Shown: positions 23,927-37,462, counted from the whole stretch's first letter. The stretch is 63,722 bases of DNA, filler included, from Globobulimina sp. (GCA_003354225.1; 27 parts of 27 records of this genome joined end to end with filler, not necessarily neighbours in it); one strand, 5' to 3'. Made by a program: numbers and translations. The notes: generated by a model from the sequence alone, not told the origin.

Positions 23927-25606
23927 TTATTTCTTTGCTAATAATATTTGTGATTGCATTTTATCTTCATTTGATTTAAAATTATAATTAGCTGTCCCAG
24001 CACAGCAATACTTTGTTTTTTTTATGACATAAATAATAATTAATGAGACAAATATGCCAACAATTATTCCAATCACAACACCAACAAACATATCACTGTT
24101 AAAATTACTTTGTTTCTCATTCTTATCTTCCTCAACATGGCAAAAACCACAACGACACTCATCCAACATATAAGGGCAGATATTATTTTGCCACTCATTA
24201 AAATCCACAATCCTTTCGTTCAAATGTTTATTTAACAAAATATTCAAATCACATAATTCTGTCCCATTATAATCACAATATTTATATGGCAAAAATTCAC
24301 CTTTTCGAGTAAAACGAAACAAATATTCAGAAGCATTTATTTTCGATGAATATATTTCAAATGTAACCATTTCCGCATTGGCAAAAGCTTCAAAATCATA
24401 CATTTCCAGTGATTCCAACACAAACTCCAATGTATCAAAACGACCCGAATATATCACCATTTTCGGATTGCTATCATTATCATTTATCATTTGTAGAATA
24501 TTATGTTTTAAAATATATAAAAATGGAATAGACATTGTATAATAAAAACAATTCTCTCTTTGATGGCCATGTTCTGTCTTTGTATAAATCGACCTCCATT
24601 CATGTGCCACATTCAATATATCAAACAACGTATTATTCGACAATGGAATATCAACTCCCTGACAATAAAAGTTGGCCACCTCATACGAAGTGCCATCATT
24701 CAACCAAAGACCACCTTCGTTTTCATATTTTTTAATAATATTTGAAACATAACTGGATCGCAGATAATTTCTACGATTCTCATCAATATTATCAATCGGA
24801 TCATTACTCCGTCGGTTCTTAGAAATTATTGAGTATTGCTCCAAGTTTTATACATATATGTTTTAAATATTGGATATCTCTATAAAACTTGCAAAGAATA
24901 CGTATACCATAAATTCATTGAATTGTGTTTGTTTTAAACATTTTCTATTTCCCCAAGGAAATAAAGGGTCAGATTCAAAATCATGAACAATCAAATTATG
25001 AACATATTGAATGGAATTATTATTGATGGAATTCGATAATAATCCATTCAAAAACGCCAATGCCGCCGATATGGTCCTTTCCATATCATTTGCTATTAAT
25101 ATCAATGTATTGCTTAAATTATTATTATTTGAAATTTCATTTTGTAAATAATTTTTGCTGAATATATTATACGAATCATTGCCAATGTAAGCATCTTTAA
25201 TAATATTCGATAAGTCTCTCATTTGTAAAATTGTCGCATATAAAGATTGTCCAAACATGCAATTTGAGTTTGGTATTATTTGCTCATTCTCAACGTAGAT
25301 TTTATTTAATTTTGCTTTGTTATTATAATTATTCTGATTAAATATATTGTTGTGTATTATGGCGGTGACGTTGCAATGTTGAGATGAATTCTTTAGTGAA
25401 GGAAAGTAATCCGAAGGTAATGTATCCCAGAGACGGATTCCATGTCTAAACCAAATTTGAACTTGTTTTAATTCATTGATTTTCTCTAAATCAGCTGCTG
25501 ATAATGCATCAATTTTACCGTTTGAATATGCATCAAAATTACATGGCCAAATGTCACGTACAGATAACAACACGCAAGGAAGCAAAACTAGAACTAAACG
25601 CAACAT
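23927..25606 (-). CDS. Histidine acid phosphatase family, type I membrane protein, one intron
   Basis: Signal peptide; QVQIWFRHGIR; DMERTISA; C-terminal TM; probable intron 24818-24907; the HD motif appears as YSGRFD. Confidence 0.85.
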
Positions 25607-25682
25607 GCATTAAAGAACAGTTTTCCAAAAACCAAACAACTGAAAAACGTTATGAATTAAATGAAATGCAAACTTTAATTGC

Positions 25683-25810
25683 CAAAACAAAAAGAGAAAG
25701 CTGACAGTATCAATGGTAACGAGTCTGGCGGTTGATGAGTCCACACATTCTCATCAAACCGCAGAGGTATTTCGTAATGTTTTGGAAATAACGTACGATG
25801 GTAATGTGTA
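25683..25810 (-). repeat. Right arm of about 125-bp inverted repeat
   Basis: Partner of 23650-23774. Confidence 0.92.
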
Positions 25811-26013
25811 CCATGTGTTGTTTTCGAATATCACAGAAATATTGATGTCATATATCTGAAGGACCTCTTTGGTGGCGGCTGCTTCGCTCTCTCTTGCTTT
25901 CTACCAGATATCCNNNNNNNNNNNNNNNNNNNNNNNNNNNNNNNNNNNNNNNNNNNNTTAATTAATTAANNNNNNNNNNNNNNNNNNNNNNNNNNNNNNN
26001 NNNNNNNNNNNNN

Positions 26014-28277
26014 GTTTCGTAAACAAAGCCATTATCCTGTATATTGAATCAAATAATTAATAAATATCAAACTAAAAGTATTTTTATTAATAATATAAAA
26101 ATATACCTGAGGAGCTAATCGTTTATGTTTAACATATCCATTTCTTCGGTGTTGTGTTTTATTACAAAATTCTTTGGGAAATCGTTTTGAGCATTGACCT
26201 TTAATTAAACATGAACAATTTTTTTTTTGTTGACAATTATTATGTATCATAAATTTGGTCACTAAATCATATAATTCTTTATCTGTTTCTGGATTTGGCA
26301 ATTGTGCGCTAATATATTTATCATAATTTTGCACATTTTTGGGTTCTGCATCTTTGTCCAATATTACAATTAAATGAATATGTGGTAAACCACGTTTCTG
26401 AAATTCTACACTCCAAGTATACGCTACTACTTTACCAAATATTTCTTTATCGTAAATCAGATACAGTAAATATTTTTTCTTCATTTCAAACACACGCCTA
26501 ACAATTTCTGCTCTATTTGCAGAGTTAGTGTCACCTTTTTCTAAAAACTTAACAATTTCGTCTGATTTGGGATCAATTGTCATTGTAATAAAAAAATGAG
26601 CCTTTTTATATTTTCTGACAATTGCTAATGCATCATGCATTCGTTGATTCATATCTTGCACCTCCTACATAACTTGAAGGTAGAATTGTAGGATAATCAA
26701 TATCTTCTGTTGAATCATTTGTATTTTGATCTAATCCTGAAACAAAATATTTTCTAAATTTTTTTTGTGCTGTCTTTGATTTAAAACTATTCAACAGGAT
26801 TTGATCAATTTTAACCCACATATCCACCCAATATTGTTGTGATAATTTTCCTCCTTTGAACATATGATTTTTAGAATAATCCCTTTCAAATAATAAATAT
26901 TTATAATATTCCATACATGTAACACCTGATAGATTATTATTTTTACACCATCCTTCTGTACCATAAGGTAAAAATAATGGATATGTTGCAGGATCACACA
27001 TTCCATGTTGTTCATCAATTTTTTTTAAATTTCCACCTCTTAATCTTAAGACTAATTCTCTATATTCTTTTTTTTTACTATTTTTACATCGTTTAATCAA
27101 CATTCCTATTTGATTATTTGTTGGCTGATCATATTGCTTTTTATGTCTTCATTTAGGAATAATAGGATCTTTCTCAATAATTAATGAAATATTTTTTGTT
27201 TTCTTGTTTTTATTTTCTTCATAAAAATTTTTAAAGTCCTTAATCCATTTGTTATTTTCTTCAATTTCTTTTTGTATTCCTTTAATAATATTTTTAGCAA
27301 AAGTTTTATTTTTCAAATCAAACATATTACATCTATATTGTATGGATTCATCTGAATCATGCATGTATATTTGTAAACCAACTGGTGTTTCTTCTTTTTT
27401 TTCTTGTAATGGTCCTATCCAATGGAATAACATTCCTTCGCATCTATACACATATGGGGCACTTTTTTTATTTTTTGCATTTTGTTTTCTTGGATCAAAT
27501 TTACTTTTCATAGTTGCAAATGTAAATAACGAATTAAATGCTCTTAAATTGTCCCGGAAATATTGAGCCTCTGCGGAATCTCCAAAAAACAATGAATTCA
27601 AATACGGAGGCAATTCTCTTGGTAATGGGATATCAATTTTTCCATAATTGCAACACAATGAACCAAATACATCTTTTTGAGAATTTTTACAATTTAATCT
27701 TTCATCATGCCAAAATCTCGCTTTACAATGTTCACATTTACTTATTTGTTCTCCAATATCATATCTCGGAACATCACATCGATAATCTTTCCACTCAATA
27801 TCAGTATCAATCAAATAATTTCCATGGTCATATTTTTTGGAATATGCATTGTATTGGATTTTAGGTTTGTTCTTTTGATAATTGTTTTTCTTTTTAACTT
27901 TGTTATTTTGATATTCGTTTTTTGTTTTAATACTATTTCTTTGTTTCTTAGCAGTTGGTTTGTAAAAATTGTTATTTAAACTTCTTTTGCGACCACGTTT
28001 ACATTTTTTAATAGGCTGTCCACCTAATAGTGGTTTTAAACAAAATCTTGGAATCACGTCAATCCATTTATTGTTAATATTGAATTCTCTCAAAGGTACA
28101 GAATATTTCATTTTATTATTTAAACTATCATTATTTTTATTGATAATGATTCGATAATTTGGTACTTTATTAACTGATAAAAATATATCTGATATAAAAT
28201 CTTGTAGGTCATTTAATGTTGTGTATGAATAATATGGAAAATATGTATCAATATTTAAAACTTTAATTCTAACTGTT
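26014..28277 (-). mobile_element. Helitron Rep/helicase N-terminal region (zinc finger + HUH Rep), disrupted
   Basis: CEHCKARFWHDE..CCNYGK; DPATYPLFLPYGTEGW; ILPSSYVGGARY; FITMT; VEFQKRGLPHIH; CSKRFPK; in-frame TGA at 27149-27151; frameshift near 26655; GT-AG intron near 26038-26107. Confidence 0.95.
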
Positions 28278-28377
28278 NNNNNNNNNNNNNNNNNNNNNNN
28301 NNNNNNNNNNNNNNNNNNNNNTTAATTAATTAANNNNNNNNNNNNNNNNNNNNNNNNNNNNNNNNNNNNNNNNNNNN

Positions 28378-29133
28378 AATGACTGTTTCAAATATGCGCT
28401 GCCATTAAAAAAAGAAAATAGAAATAAAGGTCAAATTAAAATTAATCAAAAAGAAAATATTTTATTATATAAATCATTAATCAATTTTTTACTTAAAAAA
28501 TATAAATTTATCCCATCACCATCGGAATGGTTACTGTTAATTAATAATTTTGACAATATGGAGTTTAGCGCATTTATTATTGATTGTATTTGCAAATATT
28601 TTGAGCTTAAAACGGAGTATTTGGACAACACACAATATTTATATTTATATTATTACCAACACGAATTGTACCATTTTTTGAATAATTTTGCATCCAAAAT
28701 AAGAGTGGACCATATATCTTATAATCAGGCAAAATTGATACAATTTAATGACTACTTTAAAGGATATAAAATATCCAAACGATTTCATTCAATTTGGAAC
28801 AAATTGCAATGTATACAATGGGATCAATATATTACACCTTATGCAACTACATCAATTTGGAGTGGATGTGCTAATATTTTAAACATATTATTATGGCAAA
28901 ATGAGATCGACATTATTCAAATACCAATATTGCCAATGATAACAATACCAATGATACCAATGCTACCAATGCTACATAGAAATACCTCAAATACATCGAC
29001 ATCAAACATATCCAATATAACACTAATGACACCATCATCGTCTACAACATCGATTATATCCGATATTATACCATCATTAGCTGTGTTACCTGTATTACAA
29101 AAGGAAACAAGCTTTGACTCAATAATAAAATAA
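28378..29133 (+). CDS. Hypothetical protein, probably 5'-partial
   Basis: Long open frame with a Ser/Thr/Pro-rich tail. Confidence 0.4.
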   Translation, partial: NDCFKYALPLKKENRNKGQIKINQKENILLYKSLINFLLKKYKFIPSPSEWLLLINNFDNMEFSAFIIDCICKYFELKTEYLDNTQYLYLYYYQHELYHFLNNFASKIRVDHISYNQAKLIQFNDYFKGYKISKRFHSIWNKLQCIQWDQYITPYATTSIWSGCANILNILLWQNEIDIIQIPILPMITIPMIPMLPMLHRNTSNTSTSNISNITLMTPSSSTTSIISDIIPSLAVLPVLQKETSFDSIIK

Positions 29134-29504
29134 TGATCTGACTAAGTAAATTTATCAAAATATCTTTTTAGTTTTAGCTATTTTATTATCACCACTCGAT
29201 TGACCACACTTTATTATCGCAACATATTTCAAATAATACATTTTGTTATTATTTGTGGTATACAATCACAATAACAATTCGCCAACGTTTCCGAACTTAG
29301 CACTCCGTTCCGTTTGTTGGTGTTTTAATTTGCAAATAGCAATAGGTGTGTTGCTGACTTGCTGTTGACACAATGTGGATATATGTGTGTGCACAAAACC
29401 ACACGTTGTGGTTGAATATGTGATAATAATTAATTTATAATTAAACAGAAATTAAGCAGAAAGCTTTGATAGTACAATAATGAAGCTAGGCGTTGATAGA
29501 ACTT

Positions 29505-30258
29505 TTATAAAATCACACAACATTTTTTATCGACTCTACGTAGCGGGAAATCATCTTCTTCCAAAATAAATGGGTCCTCTTTCTCTTTCATTGGTAATGC
29601 AAGTAAAGAATTAGCAATCATTACAAATAAATTCCTAACATTTACATTTGTTTTGGCTGAAGTTTCAATATATAATAAACCATTTTTATTTGCAAACTGT
29701 TTGATCATTGCTTCTTTATTTAATGGATCACGTTCCGAAAATTTATCAATTTTATTCCCTACCAATGCTATGACACAATCAGTTTTTGTCCCTTCTTTTA
29801 ATTCTTGAATCCACATTTTCGCCCTTTCAAATGTTTCGTGTCTGGTTATGTCAAATACGACAATCGATGCTGTTGCGCCATGATAATACATTGGCATTAA
29901 AGCTTTAATTATATTTCATATGCATTTGTATGTAATATTTGGTGAATAAAAAGTACAGTACCTACCATGGTAACGTTCCTGTCCCGCCGTGTCCCAAACA
30001 TCAAATTTAACCATTCCGCCATTAGTTTGAATGGATTGAGTGAAAAAAGCAGCACCAATGGTGCTTTCATTATATTCTGTAAAGGAACCTTTCGCGAACC
30101 TGATGCATAACGAACTTTTGCCAACAGACGTATCACCGACCATTACTAATTAAAATATTATGTATTATGTATTACAACTACAACTACAAGGGATCGATAA
30201 ATGTTGTACTGTACAAACCCAATTTAGCAATTCTGATTTTATCAATTATTTCAGCCAT
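29505..30258 (-). CDS. RAB5: Rab5-family small GTPase, two introns
   Basis: [44 protein letters not shown] and C-terminal CCVIL; two phase-1 introns restore the frame. Confidence 0.9.
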
Positions 30259-31093
30259 ATTATTGATTGTTTTTGGTGATTTGGTCCAATGAAGTGTACA
30301 AAAATGGAAATGACACAATGATATGTTTTTTATTAGTAACTTTAACTTCAAAACTCAAATTTATGAAATCAATTTTCAGTGGTGCATTTTGTCTGTCTTT
30401 ATGCAGTGGTGGAGTTGAGATAATCGGTATTATGCATATGTAATTATGATTATAATACTATAGCAGCTGTATTAAAGGGGTTGTTCTTATATTGTGCAAT
30501 CATAAATGGGACCTATGAAACCTTAATTGCAATAGACTAGTTTAAAGGAGCGTAGTGGTCCCATGTCTAGGGATTCTTAATTGTAATATCATGGTACCTT
30601 AGTGAAAAATTTCATCTCATGCCATATGCAATTTATTTTTANNNNNNNNNNNNNNNNNNNNNNNNNNNNNNNNNNNNNNNNNNNNTTAATTAATTAANNN
30701 NNNNNNNNNNNNNNNNNNNNNNNNNNNNNNNNNNNNNNNNNTTCCATATGACTTCCGAATGCTTTTTACTTGATTTCAAAAAAAATAGATTCTTGAAAAA
30801 GTAAATCGGGAAGGGTCGATTTTAGATTGTCCCAAATATGATTTTTGATTCGTCGTAGAGACTTTTAGACGAAAATAATCAATGAGATTCATATTTAGGA
30901 TAGCCAAATCTAAAAGAAAGTGGAGACATTAGAGACATGAAATGTAACGGTCTCGAAAAACACTTAGTAGGACATAGTCAATTGGTACTTATTACTAAAA
31001 CTAGGGAATACATAACGAATGGTATATGAAGTGTTTCTGGGACAATCCGTAAGTACCATCATAATCCTAGTAACACCGAAGTACCCTACCTAG

Positions 31094-32214
31094 TTAATAC
31101 CAATCGTTCCAAACAATATATATAGGTATCGACAAATATAATCCATTCTCAAATAGAAATGTAAAATGTATTGGTTTGCAATATTTTATGATCATTAATA
31201 ATTGGGAATGTACCAAAATCCATGGACATGATCCAAGAGAGTTATTCAATTTTATTTTTTTGTAAGAAGTGGAGATATTTGTACGTAATCCAGTTATTAA
31301 TGCGTTAATGAGTAATTTTGGCAATCCACAGGGATGCGAATTAAATATATATTTCACCATTAATTGATTACCAGTGAGTACATTGCCTAACCAGCCTAAA
31401 TTAAAAAGCAATTGATAGCGTTTTTTATCATTTCTGACCTTATTGAATCTTCCAATCAGTGCTAACAATGACGATTGCAATTTATCCCAATTCCTTAGGA
31501 ATTCAATGCTGAAAACGCTATCAAATTGTCGAGGATAAATAACGTTAACACGAATATTTGCTGCAATTGCTTTACGGCATAACAGTGATAACAAATATTG
31601 ACAAGCTAATTCCCTGTCGTTTTTATCTTTTATGTTAAATGTGTGATTCAAATGAGTGAACCATATATATAAAGGCAATTGATAATTTGATGTGGTTTGG
31701 TGGTAGTTTCCATTGTAATGCACAACGTTGACACCGTCGTCACGAAATCGAATGCATATGGGTCGATGTTTAAACTTGGTTACTACAATCATGGAAGAGT
31801 TTGGTGAGTTGCAAGTTTTTTTGAGCACTGTATGGATATATGATCACTGTGCCTATTGACTGTTTTGTAAAAAGTTGATATATTTGTACGTAATCCAGTT
31901 AATAATGCGTTGATTAATAATTTTGATAATTCGGATTTGTTTCTATCCGAATTAAATATGAATTTAACCATTAAGTGATTGAACGTAAAAATAGAAACCA
32001 ACCACGCTAAATTCCGAAGCAATTGATAACAAATATTTGCTGCAATTGCTTTACTGCATAATAGTGATAACAAGTATTGACAAGCTAATTTTCTGTCATT
32101 TTTATCTGTTATATCAAATGTGTTATTCAAATGAGTGAACCGTAAAGGCAAATTCAAATATCTGTTATATTCAAATGTGTTATCCAAAATGTATGCAGTC
32201 GCAGAGTAATCCAA
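31094..32214 (-). CDS. Two tandem paralogous ORFs of unknown function
   Basis: 31789-32214 and 31094-31828 share FTHLNxTFxIxDKNDRxLACQYLLSLLCxKAIAANI and KLLINALxTGLRTNIST. Confidence 0.6.
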
Positions 32215-32239
32215 AAAAAAAAAACTTTTCTTCAGTCAA

Positions 32240-33005
32240 ATGCCAAGTTTACAATCACAAAAATGTATAGCAATACTTGCATTGTTAGGAAATGTTACTG
32301 TCATATATTTCGGTGTAACTTCCAATCGTTGGTCTTATGTTGGCGCAGATGATCTCATTCTGGCACAAAACAATAACATTCAAAGTGATGATATCGATAT
32401 CGATGGTCTTATTCTAGATCTACAAAATAATACGTTGCAGCAATTGGAAAACACGCCGTTGATCATGATGCAAAATTGTTGGTTTTATTTATTCAACAAA
32501 TTATTCGTTGCTACAAAATTACATCATATATTTTCAAAGCAGTATGATGAGAATGTCAATACTTACACTGACTGTGTTGCAGCGGCCGATAACATGGCAA
32601 TATTATTAAAAACAACATCAAATTCATTACAAATAACAACCGATTTCAATTACCATGATTTGATAGCTTTGAGGCGGATTATTATGCTCTTTCAAAATAT
32701 ATATATCGATATCGCTGAGTCTGATCATGACTATGACTATGTTGCTGAGCTCGAGCCGGAATATGCAAACATTTTAACATTAATTGCCAACATGGAAAGA
32801 GAATATATTTTTACATATCGCAATAACTACACAATATTCAATATTCATCAGCCACGAAGTGCTGGCACTTTTATTTGTCGATCGTTCAAAAAAGCAAAAA
32901 AAAGGCAGAGTACATTCTCATTAAAAGCACAGAAATATCAACGAAAAATACGGCCATATCCTATGGAAAAAAGGAACTGCAATGCGGGCGATGGGGACGC
33001 ATTTG
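32240..33005 (+). CDS. Type II membrane sulfotransferase-like protein, 3'-partial
   Basis: N-terminal TM; IFNIHQPRSAGTFI resembles the 5'-PAPS-binding motif HxPKxAGT. Confidence 0.55.
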
Positions 33006-33289
33006 NNNNNNNNNNNNNNNNNNNNNNNNNNNNNNNNNNNNNNNNNNNNTTAATTAATTAANNNNNNNNNNNNNNNNNNNNNNNNNNNNNNNNNNNNNNN
33101 NNNNNTTACCAAAATGTAATCATATCGGTGCAAATACAAATCGATCGATAGTTTGCATCATTAAAAATTATGGTTATGTACATAATATTTTACTGTTAAT
33201 TTGTTTTTGTGACATCTATGGTGTGTTATATGTTTGTGTTTGTTACCTTTGTGTGTTTGTGCATATGTGTCACATAAAATCAATAGCAT

Positions 33290-33355
33290 AGAAAGGATTT
33301 GAATTACTCATTATATACTTAGACAAATATACGATGAGTAATTGAAATCCTTTCT
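33290..33355. repeat. 21-bp inverted repeat (hairpin)
   Basis: AGAAAGGATTTGAATTACTCA ... TGAGTAATTGAAATCCTTTCT with one mismatch. Confidence 0.75.
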
Positions 33356-33796
33356 CAATTCTCATGGTGTTGTAAATATATTCCTCTCTTTTACCATGTT
33401 TCTACAGATATATCTGCTAATAGACATCAGTTTCATTCTTGTAATTTACGTTTTCTATACATGTTAGTGACATTACCGACAGTACACCTCTTTAGACGTT
33501 TTTTAAGAGATCAAGTTTTGTACATAATTTTAAATTTTTATAACTCCGAGTCAGCGCACAAACTTTATTAATACTGTATTGCTGTGGTTCCAAAAAGCTC
33601 TAAAAAAATCAACCTTTCACATCCATAATACTTACCGTCAAACAAACACAATAATACACTCAAAAATAGAAGAAAATCAACAAAAAGGAGAAACTAAAAA
33701 ACGTATAAACGCAGAAACATTAAAAACGATCTATATTCACTCTCTTTTTATATACACAATAACAATAAATAACTGTACCATATTCCAACATTACAT

Positions 33797-35071
33797 CTAT
33801 TTCTGTTGATACCCAGCCGTTGCATTATCACCGGGATCAAGAAAAAACAAATTAACACCTTTTGTCTCTTGCTTTTCAAGCACATTTGGCTGCACTTCCA
33901 CAATATAATCCTCATCCAATTCGCTATCTTCTTCCTTACTCTCCAACATAATATTCCCTTGCATTGGCTGTGGCGGCGGCGGTGGCGGATCGGGTGTATC
34001 CGCTCTCTGTTGTTGCTGATTATACGCATATTGCTGTGTATTCAGATTTGTATTTGTTTGATAGCCAATGGCAGACATCTCTGTGTCCGAATGAATGATC
34101 ATATCTTTTTGTCCTTCGCCCCCTCCCTTCTGTCCTTGATTCGTATCCCCTCTCTTCCTGGGTTTCTCATACAGTATTACATCATCTCCATAATCCGTAG
34201 TTTGCGCAGCAACAATTTCTTCATTTTGAGCCGGCGCCTCTGAATATACGGCAATTCGCACTTGATTGGGATCCTCGTCCATAACCAATGGAGGGTCCGC
34301 TTGCTGGGCGACATCGGCCAAACTGTTCAGATTATTTTGTGCATGGACGGGTAATATTTGTCGCTGGGACAAATTGGGTGCGTTTGGTGGATTACTTTGT
34401 AATCGCTGTAGTTGGTTGAGATTATTATTGGGTATATGTGGATATTGCGGCGGTGGATACATCATTGGCATTGGCTGCATATTATAGCCCATCATTGGTT
34501 GTTGATACATTTGTGGCTGCGGCTGTTGTTGTTGTGGCATGGTTAAATTTATAGAAACGTTTACATTCGCGTTATTGGGGTCTTTTTTAGGCTCTTCCGA
34601 GGTGACTGAGATTGGCTCTGTCTCTGTCTGTGGTGCTTCGTCGTCTTCTTCTTCTTGTTGTGGGTCGTCAGTCCATCCATATATCATTTTTAATATCTGT
34701 GTTGTGTTGTTTTTGTGCGAGGATGTCATGCATGCAATATATTACCGCTATGTTAACGAAACTTGTTTATATTTCCATAAAAGGAGAAGTAATAATATCT
34801 GTAGGATGACCCAGGCGATGAAGAAACCAAAATGGAGATAATCGAACAAGGAGGAGACCCAGAATACGATGACGATTATTACGCTATGGATAATTATCCA
34901 ATATGTGAAATATTTTATGATGGAACGCATGTGGTTATAGGCACCGATCCAACCAATGATGGAACATAGGAATTCTATGCCTGCTACAAATAAATATCCG
35001 TAGAATTTGCTTGGTTTTTCTGCACGTAAATGCGGTTTGGTCCAATATTCATAACCGTATACTAAGATCAT
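33797..35071 (-). CDS. Membrane protein with a long Pro/Gln/acidic cytoplasmic tail; intron-containing, 5' end uncertain
   Basis: TM-rich ORF 34748-35071 plausibly splices into low-complexity ORF 33797-34729. Confidence 0.55.
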
Positions 35072-35837
35072 TAGAATTGAGATGCAAATGGATATGCAAA
35101 TTGCTGTATGTTTATGTTGGTTTGTCAGATTTGTTTTGGTATCTGGATAATTTATATGGTACTTGTTCTAAGCTTAAAACAGACGCAACAATGTGTATCA
35201 TTTACTTGTTGCTTCTGTTCTTTTGTTCGAGTTACCATTATGAAAAAAGCGTATTGAAAGTTTTGAAAACTTGCATGGTATTGGCGCTCTATGGAAAATT
35301 TTTGTGGAATCAAATCTGTATATATATAAATCTGTATATGTAATATTTTTATCTGACATTTTAGAATTTNNNNNNNNNNNNNNNNNNNNNNNNNNNNNNN
35401 NNNNNNNNNNNNNTTAATTAATTAANNNNNNNNNNNNNNNNNNNNNNNNNNNNNNNNNNNNNNNNNNNNAAAATTGGGGATTGTCAATGATTGTAAAAGT
35501 GAAAGATGGAAATCGATCACGAGAATGAACGTTTAATGAGTCGTTCTGCTGTTTGATCTCTAATATCAAAGTTAAAGTTTTTTTTTGCGTCTTCATCATG
35601 TCAGCTTCCAATCACCTCCTTTGGATCAGTTAAGTTCTAATGCATGAATCATCACTTTATTCTACAACAATACACTCCCATACAGCGATTGGAATATATT
35701 ATCTTAATCTGTTATTTGTGTACTCCAGTTAATTGCTTTTATTTACATATTCATGTGACAACGTTTGGCATTTGGATCTCAATACAAAAAACACACACAA
35801 ACTAATCACAAACCCAAAATACAAACAAATCCCTAAG

Positions 35838-37462
35838 GTGACTGCGCTACCAATTGCTCTGATTGCATTATCCAATCACAATGTGACGCCAACACAAATT
35901 GTTTATGGAACAGCAAATGTCTATCCCTCACACACCAATGTCCCCATATCACCATACCATCACTAAACAGAGCCATACCAATGGATAAATGCATGAAACT
36001 AAACCACCACAGCAATGAATACACACTATATACATGCTACAATAACACACCATACACACAAACACACACCGACAGCAACTGTCTTTCCTCGCCAATATCA
36101 GTCACAACCGCCGCATATTATAACTACAATTGCTACGGCAATATCCAGTCATGCACCTATGCCAAACTATCATCATATGACACCTGCAACATATCACACC
36201 ACAGTAATCACAGTATAACCTACGAACTAACGGACGCCACATATCCCACCTCAGCCACCACAAACTATACAAGTACGTGTTCCGAGGACACATATTCCAT
36301 CCTTACACAAACCAAAAACGATACGGATAAATATACGTCAATCCCACATGCAAAATGTATGCATAATGAGAGGATATTTGTGGATGAATGCCATGATGAA
36401 ATAGCATGGAGCTCCGATAAAAACTGTGGATTTGTGTATGATGATGATAATGGATATGCAGTGCCATTAAATACATGTAATATTCGGTACGATGAAGCTA
36501 TATCTTATGAATATTATTGCGCAGATAACAAGATATATAAATGTATGTATGATGGTGTAAACTGTGATGGTTTGTGTGTGGTTAATAAATATATCGCGTA
36601 TGATTATGCACAGTGTAATATGGACACAATTTGCCCCAACGTACGATATAATAAATACGATAACTGTCAACAAAGCGTAACAGAAACGATATCCATAGTG
36701 GTGGATGTTTGTATTAGTGACCATATTTATAATATAAGTACAATGTGGAAATGTAAAGCACACTCTATGGCAAAATATGTGTATGATGGTGTATTTTGTG
36801 AGGATGCGCGTGTGCTCATAGATGAAATACAGGAATTTGAGCATAATAAATGTGTGACATATGATGGATTTATGCGTATGGAAATTGTGTCGTGCTCGTC
36901 ACCGAAATGTAAATCAGCCGGAAATAATGATGATTCCTATGCGATGTGCAATATTTTTGATGCTACGAACGTCGATCAAGTGATACCTTTTTGGGATACA
37001 TATTCGAGTGATTATTGTGAGTGGTTTGCAGAGGATACGCCATTTACATTTAATATGTATCAATGTAATGAGTATGGATTGACACTGTCATTAGCTACGA
37101 ATACGATGCATGGCACATTAAACACGACGCATTATATATGGCCAAATGATTTGCATCGACTGAATCTAAATGATTTGAATTTAAATGGTGAGTGGAATTG
37201 GTGGGCATTGCAATCGGATAAGTTGCAATATATTGATATATCAAATAATAATTTCACTGGCGGATTGCAGCTGTTTCCGTTGTTGTATTCGAGCGTATTG
37301 CAGGTGATAAAAATATCCAATAATCCGTTCATGTTTGGTTATATTGATTGGATGTTGCTGGGATATATAACGACGAAACGGAGTGTAAATGCCTTTATGG
37401 CGACCGGTATCGCATGGGATGGTTACGCAGATTTTACATTGTTGCCGGAAGAACTTCCTTAA
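35838..37462 (+). CDS. Cys-rich repeat extracellular protein with C-terminal LRRs
   Basis: Frame is open from the splice acceptor at 35837; repeated AxPxxxC..Y.C modules; LNLNDLNLNG, IDISNNNFTG, IKISNNPF. Confidence 0.7.
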
